In this document: piece after piece, positions 49,137-57,529 of the stretch | How positions within the stretch are numbered: position 1 is the stretch's first letter | Layout of the letters: each line of letters opens with the position of its first letter | The notes under the pieces: model-generated | The model's input: only the letters and a program-made list of their open reading frames with translations | What the model was told of the DNA's origin: nothing | Databases searched by the model: none | Made by a program: the position numbers and the translations under genes | Sequence record: NC_005083.2 | Direction: 5' to 3' (one strand) | Length of the DNA stretch: 64,000 nt

Positions 49137-49225
49137 TGGCGGAGATACTGGGAATCGAACCCAGAGAACGCTATTAACGTCCGACACCTTAGCAGGGTGC
49201 TGTCATACCTTTAGACCATATCTCC
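49137..49225 (-). tRNA. tRNA-Ser(GCT)
   Basis: cloverleaf, long variable arm, CCA. Confidence 0.92.
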
Positions 49226-49230
49226 GTAGA

Positions 49231-49410
49231 TCATTTCTTACCACGCTCTGCTTTGCTAATCTCGACAGCAGCGATTTGCGCGTTGGCTTCTTTCTCAGTG
49301 TCATGAGTACCAAGTACTCGACCTTTAGATGAAAGAGCAACCCATTTGTCGCCACGCTTCTCGACTTTCTCAACAAGCTTGTGATATTCATCAAATGTTT
49401 TAAGTTTCAT
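49231..49410 (-). CDS. 59-aa putative internal head protein (not in ORF track)
   Basis: TATAAATA ~49436; gaggg RBS; MKLKTFDEYHKLVE..GDKW..LGTHDTEKEANAQIAAVEISK. Confidence 0.75.
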   Translation of the reverse strand: MKLKTFDEYHKLVEKVEKRGDKWVALSSKGRVLGTHDTEKEANAQIAAVEISKAERGKK

Positions 49411-49665
49411 GTGTCATCCCTCAGTTAGTTTATTGTATTTATAACTGAACGACTTTTAAACAGTGGCATGCTGCTCCCATGCTCAGACACATATTTGCTC
49501 TTAATGCAGGCGTGTGCCACGCGCAGCGCAGATCCCATTCGATAATTTAATGACCAGCGGGACTCTTAGCAGGTCTACACATAGCCTTTCAGCTATATCT
49601 TCTTTTAAGACCATAGTGTCGTACGGTCTAATCACTCTCTTTCGATTCGCGTTGCTAAGTGAATT

Positions 49666-49742
49666 TGGTGCCCAACCCGAGATTCGAACTCGGATCATCT
49701 AGTGTTTGAAACTAGCGCCTCTGCCAATTGGACTAGTTGGGC
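49666..49742 (-). tRNA. tRNA-Leu(CAA), short variable loop
   Basis: ctagt-ttCAAac-actag, ACCA. Confidence 0.9.
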
Positions 49743-49858
49743 TTGAATAAGCTGCCGCAACTCTTTAATCCCTAACGCCTGTCAGCTTTCGCTCGGCTGA
49801 GACCGTTTTTCAACGGCGGTAGTCTAGCTTCGTGTAGAACGCGGCTTATGCTAGAGTT

Positions 49859-49935
49859 TGGTACGCACGGGCGGATTCGAACCGCCATCCCTGAGATTTT
49901 AAGCCTCATGCCTCTGCCAATTGGACCACGTGCGC
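49859..49935 (-). tRNA. tRNA-Leu(TAA), short variable loop
   Basis: tgagg-ctTAAaa-tctca. Confidence 0.9.
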
Positions 49936-49937
49936 AG

Positions 49938-50011
49938 TGGAGCCCGAACAGAGAATCGAACTCTGACCGCGGGATTTGCAATCCCTCATACTTCCATTAT
50001 ACGATTCGGGC
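49938..50011 (-). tRNA. tRNA-Cys(GCA)
   Basis: ttGCAaa loop, TCCA. Confidence 0.9.
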
Positions 50012-50114
50012 AATTTGTTAGTGCATTGCATGGACTACTGGCGATCTTAATGGGTATCTCAAGCATTCAGAATTCCCATGCGCTACTACAATGCTTTTTT
50101 CGCTAAATGCACTT

Positions 50115-50192
50115 TGGGGTGACAGACGGGGATCGAACCCGCATCTTCCGGAATCACAACCCGGGGGTATTTCCACTTCACCCACTGCCACA
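50115..50192 (-). tRNA. tRNA-His(GTG)
   Basis: ccggg-ttGTGat-tccgg, CCCA. Confidence 0.88.
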
Positions 50193-50245
50193 CCAAAGTA
50201 CACTTTGGGATGTTTACGACATCAAACGAATGCGCTCCCTGTGCA

Positions 50246-50485
50246 TTAATCAGTTTTCTTTAAGTAGATACTATCAGGCGATAGCTCTCTCGTAAACATA
50301 TTTTTGAAATAAATTTCGATGTCATCAGAAGTTGTTGAAGACTCAATTTCAAGAGCACGTTCTAAAATCTTACCGCGTTTATAACCAGCGCGCCAACAGT
50401 CAAACATAAGTCTGTCCATGCGTTTCAGTTTTTCAATTTGGTTTTGATTTACGTATTCGTGAGTTTCAAGTAATACAGGCGTCAT
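50246..50485 (-). CDS. hypothetical protein
   Basis: gaga RBS, between tRNAs. Confidence 0.5.
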   Translation of the reverse strand: MTPVLLETHEYVNQNQIEKLKRMDRLMFDCWRAGYKRGKILERALEIESSTTSDDIEIYFKNMFTRELSPDSIYLKKTD

Positions 50486-50508
50486 AATTTATTTCTCATC
50501 ATAAAGAA

Positions 50509-50582
50509 TGGTAGTCCCTAGTGGAATCGAGCCACTTCTTTCTCTGTGTAAAAGAGACGTACTGCCATTATACTAAGGGACC
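50509..50582 (-). tRNA. tRNA-Val(TAC)
   Basis: tctct-ttTACac-agaga. Confidence 0.9.
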
Positions 50583-50587
50583 AAAAT

Positions 50588-50661
50588 TGGAGCGGGTACA
50601 CGGACTCGAACCGAGACGAACGACTTGGAAGGACGTCATGCTACCATTACATCATACCCGC
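50588..50661 (-). tRNA. tRNA-Gly(TCC)
   Basis: ctTCCaa loop. Confidence 0.9.
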
Positions 50662-50848
50662 ATTGTTAATCTGAAGCGTCGAACAAATCACGTATTGCAC
50701 GCAGATTCGTAAGCTCTACAGTAAGTGTTCTTATAAAGAACGGGTTGGTCTCTTTCGCGAGACGATTTTCAACACAGCGAATCTTATCGCGTATGTTGCC
50801 CTTGCTTAGTGTAAAGTAGTCATGCTTCTTATCCTCTTTGCTTGAATT

Positions 50849-50924
50849 TGGTGGAGACACCGATACTCGAAATCGGATCTAATGGCTTATGAGACCATTG
50901 CTCTACCACTTGAGCTACATCTCC
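50849..50924 (-). tRNA. tRNA-Met/Ile2(CAT)
   Basis: atggt-ctCATaa-gccat. Confidence 0.88.
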
Positions 50925-51154
50925 AAAATCAGTAATTAACTCATTTAATCGCACACGGGCTGACACCATATATTCATGGTCTGAGCGAGGAACCACATAG
51001 TGGGTACTATTACCTCATCTTAGTTTTGATTGTTTTACATGACGATAACTAGAAACGTTCATAATAATGCCACGCGATACTTCCTGTATCACGGCTAACT
51101 GAGTTAGCATATCGTGCCTTGCGGCTGTAGTGTCGTTTCCGACGAATTAAGTAC

Positions 51155-51367
51155 AGACAATACCGAAGTGTTTTTTCGTCTTTGACATGAATCGGAGTTG
51201 ACTATCTTGTTATTCACAACAAGCAAATATCGTCTGTTTCAGCGACGCGCCTATCTGACTATTTCTAGACAGAGAGAATCTTTCCTTTCAAGCTGCACCG
51301 AAGCACCGCCCAGGTTAAGATCATTACCATTTTAAGTAAGATTTTAATTTGTTGCTGTATATTGTCT
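51155..51367 (-). ncRNA. CAGCAA-motif structured RNA (~210 nt)
   Basis: agacaat/attgtct closing stem; ata-cagcaa. Confidence 0.6.
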
Positions 51368-51428
51368 CTCAAACCATGCTCGTGATATGCCGAAGCAAGT
51401 ATCATTCGGCGCATGATAGAGCTTAATT

Positions 51429-51504
51429 TGGCATCCCCAGAGGGATTCGAACCCACAACCCACGACTTAGAAGGTCGTTGCTCTTCCAATTGAGCTATGA
51501 GGAC
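51429..51504 (-). tRNA. tRNA-Arg(TCT)
   Basis: acgac-ctTCTaa-gtcgt. Confidence 0.92.
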
Positions 51505-51580
51505 GTTGAAAGTATTCGATCCATGAGCTATTGCGCAGACGATGGTAGTAAAGAGACTCTGCACTCATGTGATCGAAATT

Positions 51581-51655
51581 TGGTGGACACGCAGGGAGTC
51601 GAACCCTATCTTCCTCATTGCAAGTGAGGCGCTTTCCCAATTAAGCTAACGGCCC
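51581..51655 (-). tRNA. tRNA-Ala(TGC)
   Basis: cctca-ctTGCaa-tgagg. Confidence 0.9.
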
Positions 51656-51666
51656 AATGTTCGTTT

Positions 51667-51876
51667 TTACAACTGTGTGATTGAGATATGATCCCAGCCG
51701 TATAAACCTTCAAGTTCTTCAATAGGCTCACAAACAATGTCAGAAATATATTCAGCAACTTTTGCTTCAATTTCTTCATCAGATAGCTTTTCATCAATTG
51801 CAAAAGCATCTTCATTATTGTTGCCACCGAAATAGCCACCAATGTCATATTCACACCATACTGAAATATAGTTCAT
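51667..51876 (-). CDS. acidic hypothetical protein
   Basis: gaga RBS before ATG 51876. Confidence 0.55.
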   Translation of the reverse strand: MNYISVWCEYDIGGYFGGNNNEDAFAIDEKLSDEEIEAKVAEYISDIVCEPIEELEGLYGWDHISITQL

Positions 51877-51900
51877 GTTATTCTCACAGTTGTTTGAAAA

Positions 51901-51976
51901 TGGTGCCCTGACACGGATTTGAACCGCGAACCTGCTCATTACAAGTGAGCTGCACTGCCAATTGTGCTATCAGGGC
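51901..51976 (-). tRNA. tRNA-Thr(TGT)
   Basis: gctca-ctTGTaa-tgagc. Confidence 0.92.
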
Positions 51977-51982
51977 GTTACT

Positions 51983-52095
51983 GAGTGTTATTACTTGCGT
52001 CGTCCAGACCAGAGATACCAACTCTGAAAGGGAATCGAACCCCAAACATTTCTTTTCGTAAGAAGAATATTAGTAATTGTTTGCTGAAAACACTC
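51983..52095 (-). ncRNA. CAGCAA-motif RNA enclosing a T-arm
   Basis: gagtgtt/aacactc; tt-cagcaa; attact/agtaat; gggTTCGAttccc. Confidence 0.65.
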
Positions 52096-52104
52096 TTCGG
52101 TATT

Positions 52105-52178
52105 TGGCAGGGGATAACGGATTCGAACCGGTACTGCGTGAGTCAAAGTCACGTATGCTGCCTTTACATCAATCCCCT
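52105..52178 (-). tRNA. tRNA-Gln(TTG)
   Basis: cgtga-ctTTGac-tcacg. Confidence 0.92.
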
Positions 52179-52197
52179 ATTATTCTTAAATTATCTT

Positions 52198-52273
52198 TGG
52201 CGGAACCGACGGGTTTCGAACCCGCTACCTTCTCCGTGACAGGGAGACATGCAACCACTTACACCTCGGCTCC
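52198..52273 (-). tRNA. tRNA-Asp(GTC)
   Basis: tctcc-ctGTCac-ggaga. Confidence 0.92.
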
Positions 52274-52495
52274 CCAAAGACAACTTAACGTTGCTTTGTG
52301 CTCGTGCAAACCAAACACTAGCTGAACGACTTCTTGATTTCTTAGTTGTACTACACATTCCCTCGCTAAAGGGCGTCATCGTTCTTGTTTTTAACAAATG
52401 CTATGAAAGTGAGATCTTGCTATGCAGGAGGTTTCAAATCTCTGCACACAAGCAGACATCGCAACCAACGCTCTCAAACATTGTCATGGTCAAAC

Positions 52496-52571
52496 TGGCG
52501 CCTTATGTTGGACTCGAACCAACGACTCTCTGGTTAACAGCCAGACACTCTACCGACTGAGTTAATAAGGC
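52496..52571 (-). tRNA. tRNA-Asn(GTT)
   Basis: tctgg-ctGTTaa-ccaga. Confidence 0.92.
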
Positions 52572-52577
52572 AAAATA

Positions 52578-52652
52578 TGGCGGGCGTGGAGAATTTCGAA
52601 ATCTCGACCTGACGGTTAACAGCCGTCTGCTCTGCCTCTGAGCTACACACCC
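52578..52652 (-). tRNA. tRNA-Asn(GTT), second copy
   Basis: gacgg-ctGTTaa-ccgtc. Confidence 0.92.
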
Positions 52653-52664
52653 TTTAAATTAAAC

Positions 52665-52722
52665 AGCAATCCTTTTCTCTTTTTCCAAATAAAAGTTTTG
52701 TATTGTTTGCTGAAAGATTGCT
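52665..52722 (-). ncRNA. short CAGCAA-motif RNA
   Basis: agcaatc/gattgct; ttt-cagcaa. Confidence 0.6.
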
Positions 52723-52730
52723 TAATTCTG

Positions 52731-52925
52731 TTACGACGTAAACTGCTCGACTTTACAAGAGTCAACATCGTCAAACTTTTCGATTCGTTTAGCTAACATT
52801 TTAGCCTTTCGCTCAATCGAGCGATCTTCGTAACCGAATTCAGATTTGTTATTGTCACAAGCTAATGCGCTCGACTTGACAACAGTCGAATCATTCATTA
52901 CCATCACTAGTCTGTACATAAACAC
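52731..52925 (-). CDS. hypothetical protein
   Basis: gagg RBS. Confidence 0.5.
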   Translation of the reverse strand: MFMYRLVMVMNDSTVVKSSALACDNNKSEFGYEDRSIERKAKMLAKRIEKFDDVDSCKVEQFTS

Positions 52926-52935
52926 CTCTGATAAT

Positions 52936-53009
52936 TGGCAGGGACATAGAGATTCGAACTCTAACGAACGGGTTTGGAATCCGTCATGCTGCCGTTACAT
53001 CATGTCCCT
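52936..53009 (-). tRNA. tRNA-Trp(CCA)
   Basis: ttCCAaa loop. Confidence 0.88.
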
Positions 53010-53015
53010 AAAATT

Positions 53016-53089
53016 TGGTAGCCCCAGACAGACTCGAACTGTCAACGTGCGATTATCGGTCGCGTGTTTTACCGTTAAACTATGGAGCT
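53016..53089 (-). tRNA. tRNA-Ile(GAT)
   Basis: gcga-ccGATaa-tcgc. Confidence 0.88.
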
Positions 53090-53153
53090 AAAGTGAGCAC
53101 ATTTCAGTGCTCGTGTTAATCGGTTAAGTGACTAAACTTCCCGGTTAACTAAT

Positions 53154-53252
53154 TGGCGGAAGACTAGGGATTCGAACCCTAACATCACCTCCCGGTGACC
53201 GACGGTTTTCAAGACCGTTGCCGCTACCCAGAATCTTTCGGCTAAGCCTTCC
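53154..53252 (-). tRNA. tRNA-Ser(TGA)
   Basis: acggt-ctTGAaa-accgt, long variable arm. Confidence 0.88.
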
Positions 53253-53259
53253 ATTAATT

Positions 53260-53334
53260 TGGTAGCGAGTGCCAGAATCGAACTGACCTAAACTAGCTTA
53301 TGAGACTAGTGAGTTCACCAGAACTCTAACTCGC
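53260..53334 (-). tRNA. tRNA-Met(CAT)
   Basis: ctagt-ctCATaa-gctag. Confidence 0.85.
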
Positions 53335-53437
53335 AATTATTCAACAGCTTGCGTTCTTTGGTCTGTTTATCGCTGTCTGAACTGAGTTCGCCGAGCGATC
53401 AATAGATTAAGTTGAATTGCAGTATGCAAGCTAAATT

Positions 53438-53523
53438 TGGTGGAGCGTAGAGGAATCGAACCTCTCTTCCCATTACGGGACACGGATTTACAGTCCGCTG
53501 CCGCACCTTGCGGCTTACGCTCC
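53438..53523 (-). tRNA. tRNA-Tyr(GTA)
   Basis: gcgga-ctGTAaa-tccgt, long variable arm. Confidence 0.92.
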
Positions 53524-53529
53524 AGAATT

Positions 53530-53603
53530 TGGTACTCGATACGGGAGTCGAACCCGTCCTACTTCCTTGAAAGGGAAGTGACCTACCGATAGTCGAATCG
53601 AGC
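53530..53603 (-). tRNA. tRNA-Glu(TTC)
   Basis: cttcc-ctTTCaa-ggaag. Confidence 0.92.
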
Positions 53604-53666
53604 ATTAAATTGTATATTGATTTGCAAGCTAATCAACTCGCAAAGCGATACACAATGTATCTAATT

Positions 53667-53743
53667 TGGTACGCCGCCCTGGACTCGAACCAGACACCTG
53701 AGAGTTAAAAGCTCCCTGCTCTTCCATGATGAGCTACCGACGC
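53667..53743 (-). tRNA. tRNA-Lys(TTT)
   Basis: gggag-ctTTTaa-ctctc. Confidence 0.92.
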
Positions 53744-53754
53744 ATTATAAAATC

Positions 53755-53829
53755 TGGTGGGTCGCAAGAGATTCGAACTCTCACCGTTCTGGTTAAAAGC
53801 CAGATGTACTACCGTTATACGAACGACCC
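53755..53829 (-). tRNA. tRNA-Lys(TTT), second copy
   Basis: tctgg-ctTTTaa-ccaga. Confidence 0.92.
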
Positions 53830-53835
53830 AGAATG

Positions 53836-53910
53836 TGGTGCACCCCCTCGGAATCGAACCGAGCACTGCGGGACTTCAATCCGCCGCTTTTCCTGATAAG
53901 CTAAGGGTGC
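53836..53910 (-). tRNA. tRNA-Phe(GAA)
   Basis: ttGAA loop; imperfect top pair of anticodon stem. Confidence 0.85.
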
Positions 53911-53911
53911 A

Positions 53912-53989
53912 TGGTACGCAAGAAGAGATTCGAACTCTTAACTTCTGGTTTCTAAGACCAGTGCCTCTGCCAGATTGGGCTACTTGCGC
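53912..53989 (-). tRNA. tRNA-Leu(TAG), short variable loop
   Basis: ctggt-ctTAGaa-accag. Confidence 0.9.
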
Positions 53990-54024
53990 ATTGTTTGTTT
54001 TTGAACGTTACTTCGTTCTTCTTC

Positions 54025-54146
54025 ATTGTACATGATGTTTATATCGTTGTAAACATCTTTTTTGAAAAACTTTTCATTAACTTTTGAATGATATTTCGCT
54101 TTTCTCTATTGTACATGATGTTTATATCGTTGTAAACATCTTTTTA
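54025..54146 (-). promoter_or_regulatory. duplicated 39-bp early-type promoter
   Basis: identical repeats 54025..54063 and 54108..54146; GTTTAC(A)..TACAAT on minus strand. Confidence 0.8.
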
Positions 54147-54300
54147 AATTTATTTTGAAGAACTTAACGTTTTCATTTTTCTATGTGTTAATCTTAACAC
54201 TCGCTCAAGACATCTTAAACACTAATTTGTGAAAAAGTTCGTTAAATTCTATCATCACGACAGTACTTAACGAGATACGGTCCTAAGCGTATCAAATTAA

Positions 54301-54428
54301 TTCAGAATGGTGAGACTTGAACTCACTTCGAGTAATAGCGTAAACTAACAGTTGTTGCCAGAGGCTATCAATTATTCTCTACCGAGTATGTTGCAACTCT
54401 GCATTTCCCCATTTCTAGGCATTCTGAA
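54301..54428 (-). ncRNA. tRNA-like RNA with large anticodon-position insert
   Basis: cagaatg/cattctg acceptor; gtgagTTCAAgtctcac T arm; no 7-nt anticodon loop. Confidence 0.6.
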
Positions 54429-54431
54429 ATA

Positions 54432-54507
54432 TGGCACCCCACAGAAGATTCGAACTTCTAACCTGCGCCTTCGTAGGACGCTGCTCTTCCAATTGAGCTA
54501 GTAGGGC
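54432..54507 (-). tRNA. tRNA-Arg(ACG)
   Basis: ctACGaa loop. Confidence 0.92.
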
Positions 54508-54514
54508 ATTAAAC

Positions 54515-54591
54515 TGGTCCGTGACAAGCGATTCGAACGCTTAACTTCTCCGCCCCAAACGGAGTACTCTACCAGATTGAGCTAGTCACGG
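54515..54591 (-). tRNA. tRNA-Pro(TGG)
   Basis: ctccg-ttTGGgg-cggag. Confidence 0.92.
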
Positions 54592-54600
54592 ATTTTAAAT

Positions 54601-54674
54601 TGGTCGGGACGAAGAGACTCGAACTCTTACCACATGCTCCCAAAGCATGAACGCTACCTTTACGCCACGTCCCG
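54601..54674 (-). tRNA. tRNA-Pro(TGG), second copy
   Basis: catgc-ttTGGga-gcatg. Confidence 0.92.
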
Positions 54675-55042
54675 TTTGTTCTTTAACTTTGTTTATCATA
54701 CTCTGCTTTCAAAGTACCTTAAACAAAATTTTTGATTTTCTTTCGCCCATAAAAAAGGACGCTACGTGCGTCCTCAAGTATACTTCTATGTTATACTATT
54801 GGACTACGTTTGTGGAGACCACTCTTGTTTCGCACACGGATTCGCTAGATACACGAATTCTGAGCGCAGAAAATCGCTGCGTAAAATCATATCAGAATGT
54901 GTATTCGAATGTGTCATGGAAACTCTCTAAACGTTAAAATAAAAATGTTTTTGTTTGTATAATAGTACTTATAACACCAAATTTGACGATTTGCGGTATT
55001 TTCGCAGAAAATTGAAAAAAACTTCAACTTTCTGCGATTTTC

Positions 55043-55288
55043 TTATCGACCTAGGTGTTTTCGCTTGTTCATTTCAACGAGGATTTCATCGTTGTAATGA
55101 CGGTTCAGTTCAACATACTTCTTGTGCTGATCTGAAGTCAACTCGTTGGTGTCATTCAGATGTTTCAAGAATCCAAGAGGTTTGCGAAACGACTTGCGAT
55201 ACTCGTTCAGACGCTCGTCAGTTAGATTATGCAGTTGTTTCGGAGTCAGTAACGTTTTATTGATGTCAAAACTCATGTTGTACCTCAC
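55043..55288 (-). CDS. hypothetical protein
   Basis: gagg RBS; start uncertain. Confidence 0.5.
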   Translation of the reverse strand: MRYNMSFDINKTLLTPKQLHNLTDERLNEYRKSFRKPLGFLKHLNDTNELTSDQHKKYVELNRHYNDEILVEMNKRKHLGR

Positions 55289-55300
55289 TTATTATAAAAT

Positions 55301-55416
55301 TGGTAGTCGGGGCTGGATTCGAACCAGCGACCACGTGCTTAACAGGCAATTGAAGGAGTGCTGGAGCGATACTTGTCAGTATCATTCTTCGTGCTCTACC
55401 ACTGAGCTACCCGACT
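55301..55416 (-). ncRNA. tRNA-mimic RNA (GACA hairpin, CAGCAC)
   Basis: acceptor, D arm, T arm, ACCA; gatact-GACA-agtatc-gctc-CAGCAC. Confidence 0.8.
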
Positions 55417-55421
55417 ATGAA

Positions 55422-55943
55422 TTATTTAACTTTGAACTTCAAATTACGCCAGTCAAAGTTTCGTTTGTTCTTTGTGTTGTAGAACGTGCCCCAATCAATA
55501 GCAATCGGACAGTTCTTACTACCTACACGAGCGATAAAGACATCGTGAGTCTCGCTGTAACGCTCTCTAAGCTCTTTTAAACGCTTATCGTAGTTAGCGA
55601 TATACTCTGCACACGCTTTGTTGTAAGCTGCTTTAGAGAAGCGTTCGTCACTCGAAAATACATTACCCAGATAAGGTCGAATAACACGAACTCGTTCTTT
55701 AGACCAACCCATACTAAAGCTGTTTTCAATCTCACCTGAGATTTCACCAGTCTTCTTACATCTAGCAAGAATGACCCAGCAACGTTCACGCCGAAAATCT
55801 TTTCGTACGTACACGTTAACGTGCTTGTCAATGTACTCTTGATAACGAGCGTTATACTCAGCACGCAGTTTATTGCGCACTTCAGGCGACATTGCAGCCC
55901 GTTCTTCTTTCGAAAACGCTTGTGCGAATTTCAATGGTTTCAT
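55422..55943 (-). CDS. hypothetical basic protein
   Basis: gagga RBS before ATG 55943. Confidence 0.6.
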   Translation of the reverse strand: MKPLKFAQAFSKEERAAMSPEVRNKLRAEYNARYQEYIDKHVNVYVRKDFRRERCWVILARCKKTGEISGEIENSFSMGWSKERVRVIRPYLGNVFSSDERFSKAAYNKACAEYIANYDKRLKELRERYSETHDVFIARVGSKNCPIAIDWGTFYNTKNKRNFDWRNLKFKVK

Positions 55944-55956
55944 TATAATTTCCTCT

Positions 55957-56196
55957 TGGCGCCGCTCGTGTGAATCGAACACACGTCAAACACAACACCT
56001 CGTCCACCCAATTAGAGTTTCGAAGTAAGAGCTAATCAGCATTTCGGAGCAGTCGAGCGTTATTTCTACGAGTGAGCTTTCGACAACTCACACGCACTTT
56101 CTACCCGGTCCCAGTGATTCGGTACCAACGCAGGTTGCGAACCTACGTCTGCACTAATGCTGGGAAAACACTGCGTATTGTACACCAGTTAGCGGC
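55957..56196 (-). ncRNA. 240-nt RNA with tRNA-like termini
   Basis: gccgct/agcggc-GCCA; gtgtgTTCGAttcacac; several internal hairpins. Confidence 0.7.
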
Positions 56197-56198
56197 AT

Positions 56199-56429
56199 TT
56201 AAAGATAGCTATCAAAGACAGCATCATCAACTTCTTCAATATTGATGTCAGCGTAACACTCATTCGCAATTGCTTGAATTTCATCTATTGAAACTGTACC
56301 TGCGTACAATACAACAGCGTCGTTCGGAATCACGACATCACACATGTATTTGTTAAACATTGCAGTTCTGAAATCAGAATCAACAGAGTAACCGTGCATT
56401 GATGTGATAACTAGCAATTTATGTGACAT
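56199..56429 (-). CDS. hypothetical protein
   Basis: gagga RBS; own promoter upstream. Confidence 0.6.
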   Translation of the reverse strand: MSHKLLVITSMHGYSVDSDFRTAMFNKYMCDVVIPNDAVVLYAGTVSIDEIQAIANECYADINIEEVDDAVFDSYL

Positions 56430-56508
56430 AATGTTTTCCTCGTGTAGTTGATAATGTGTATACTACACGTTGATGAAACGCCTGTCAACAACTTTTTCAA
56501 ATTATTTT

Positions 56509-56585
56509 TGGTAGCCCCTCTCGGATTCGAACCGAGAACCTGACGATTATGAGTCGTCTGCTACTACCGTTACAGCTAAGGGGCT
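56509..56585 (-). tRNA. tRNA-Met/Ile2(CAT)
   Basis: gacga-ctCATaa-tcgtc. Confidence 0.9.
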
Positions 56586-56952
56586 ATCGTTCTAGAAATC
56601 TACCGACTTTAGCAGCGAAGATGTTTGCTTCTTCTGCAATCAAAGCAGTTGATTTCATTTGATGAAAAGCGTCTTGTTGATGCAGAACATCTAGTTTACC
56701 AGCGCATTTCATCAGTTCTTTTACTGATTGCATAATCTCAATGTTATCAAGCTGACTAGTATCAGGGTGATGATTTAGATTATCTAAGATAGGGAGTACT
56801 TGTTGATAGCAACCCATACCGATGAAGTTTATCATAAGTCTGTACTGCATTTCAACAGCAAATGTACAATATTTTCGAAGATTGCGTTTTACAATCTCAC
56901 AGCGATGCAAGATACAATCAAGTTCGTCATTTATGTCATCAAACTTATTCAT
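56584..56952 (-). CDS. hypothetical protein
   Basis: gagg RBS before ATG 56952. Confidence 0.6.
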   Translation of the reverse strand: MNKFDDINDELDCILHRCEIVKRNLRKYCTFAVEMQYRLMINFIGMGCYQQVLPILDNLNHHPDTSQLDNIEIMQSVKELMKCAGKLDVLHQQDAFHQMKSTALIAEEANIFAAKVGRFLER

Positions 56953-56966
56953 AAAACCTCGAAAAT

Positions 56967-57090
56967 TGGTGGAGAGTGATGGATTTGAACCACCGACCAA
57001 AAGATTTACCTAGTTATTAAGGTTTGCAGCATGAATGCTTGTCAGTATTCTTTAACATTCTTTTGCTCTACCAGACTGAGCTAACTCTCC
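56967..57090 (-). ncRNA. tRNA-mimic RNA (GACA hairpin, CTGCAA)
   Basis: ggagagt/actctcc-ACCA; gaatact-GACA-agcattc-atg-CTGCAA. Confidence 0.8.
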
Positions 57091-57096
57091 ATAATT

Positions 57097-57214
57097 TGAG
57101 GGTGAAGTACAGGACTCGAACCTGCGACCTCCGGCGTGCATGTAAATGCAGAATGAAATCTTATCAGACTTCGTTTTTTGAGCCGGCATTCTAACCAACT
57201 GAACTAACTTCACC
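57097..57214 (-). ncRNA. tRNA-mimic RNA on an Asp-like shell (GATA hairpin, CTGCAT)
   Basis: ggtgaag/cttcacc; ccggc/gccgg; gaagtct-GATA-agatttc-att-CTGCAT. Confidence 0.8.
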
Positions 57215-57326
57215 ATAGTGATCAACAGCCCTCAGAATACCCGCAGTCTACACCCTATAATAAGGGACTATACTGAGTCGTTTAATGAGTCGGATAACTC
57301 AACTGTTAATCAAATTGTTAAAAACA

Positions 57327-57460
57327 TATAGTTGCGGGTGCAGGATTCGAACCTACATCACGATCTTATGAATGATATGCGAAATTGATTGCCGTACAGA
57401 TTCTTATCAGAATCAGTTTTGTGCTACGTGTGCTACCACTTACACCAACCCGCAACTATA
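57327..57460 (-). ncRNA. tRNA-mimic RNA (GATA hairpin, CGGCAA), extended acceptor
   Basis: 13-15 bp terminal stem; gattct-GATA-agaatc-tgta-CGGCAA; aggTTCGAatcct. Confidence 0.8.
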
Positions 57461-57529
57461 TGCTTTCGGGATGCTTACGCAGGTTCTTCTCTACGTAAGC
57501 ACAGATCCTCAATGTATATTTTGCCTTAG

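Noticed and set aside
50020-50095. possible pseudo-tRNA between tRNA-Cys and tRNA-His
   Set aside because: Only a 6-bp closing stem; no T-loop or anticodon loop could be assigned.
54025-54146. 39-bp direct repeat as att site or target duplication
   Set aside because: Each copy is a complete -35/-10 promoter facing the tRNAs; no integrase or transposase nearby.
49096-55580. ORF-track entries overlapping tRNAs (e.g. 49096, 51265, 52077, 52249, 53757, 54647)
   Set aside because: Incidental frames across tRNA or ncRNA genes without RBS.
55957-56196. tmRNA
   Set aside because: No GGGG(C) 5' end or G3-U70 alanine identity, and no clear tag ORF.
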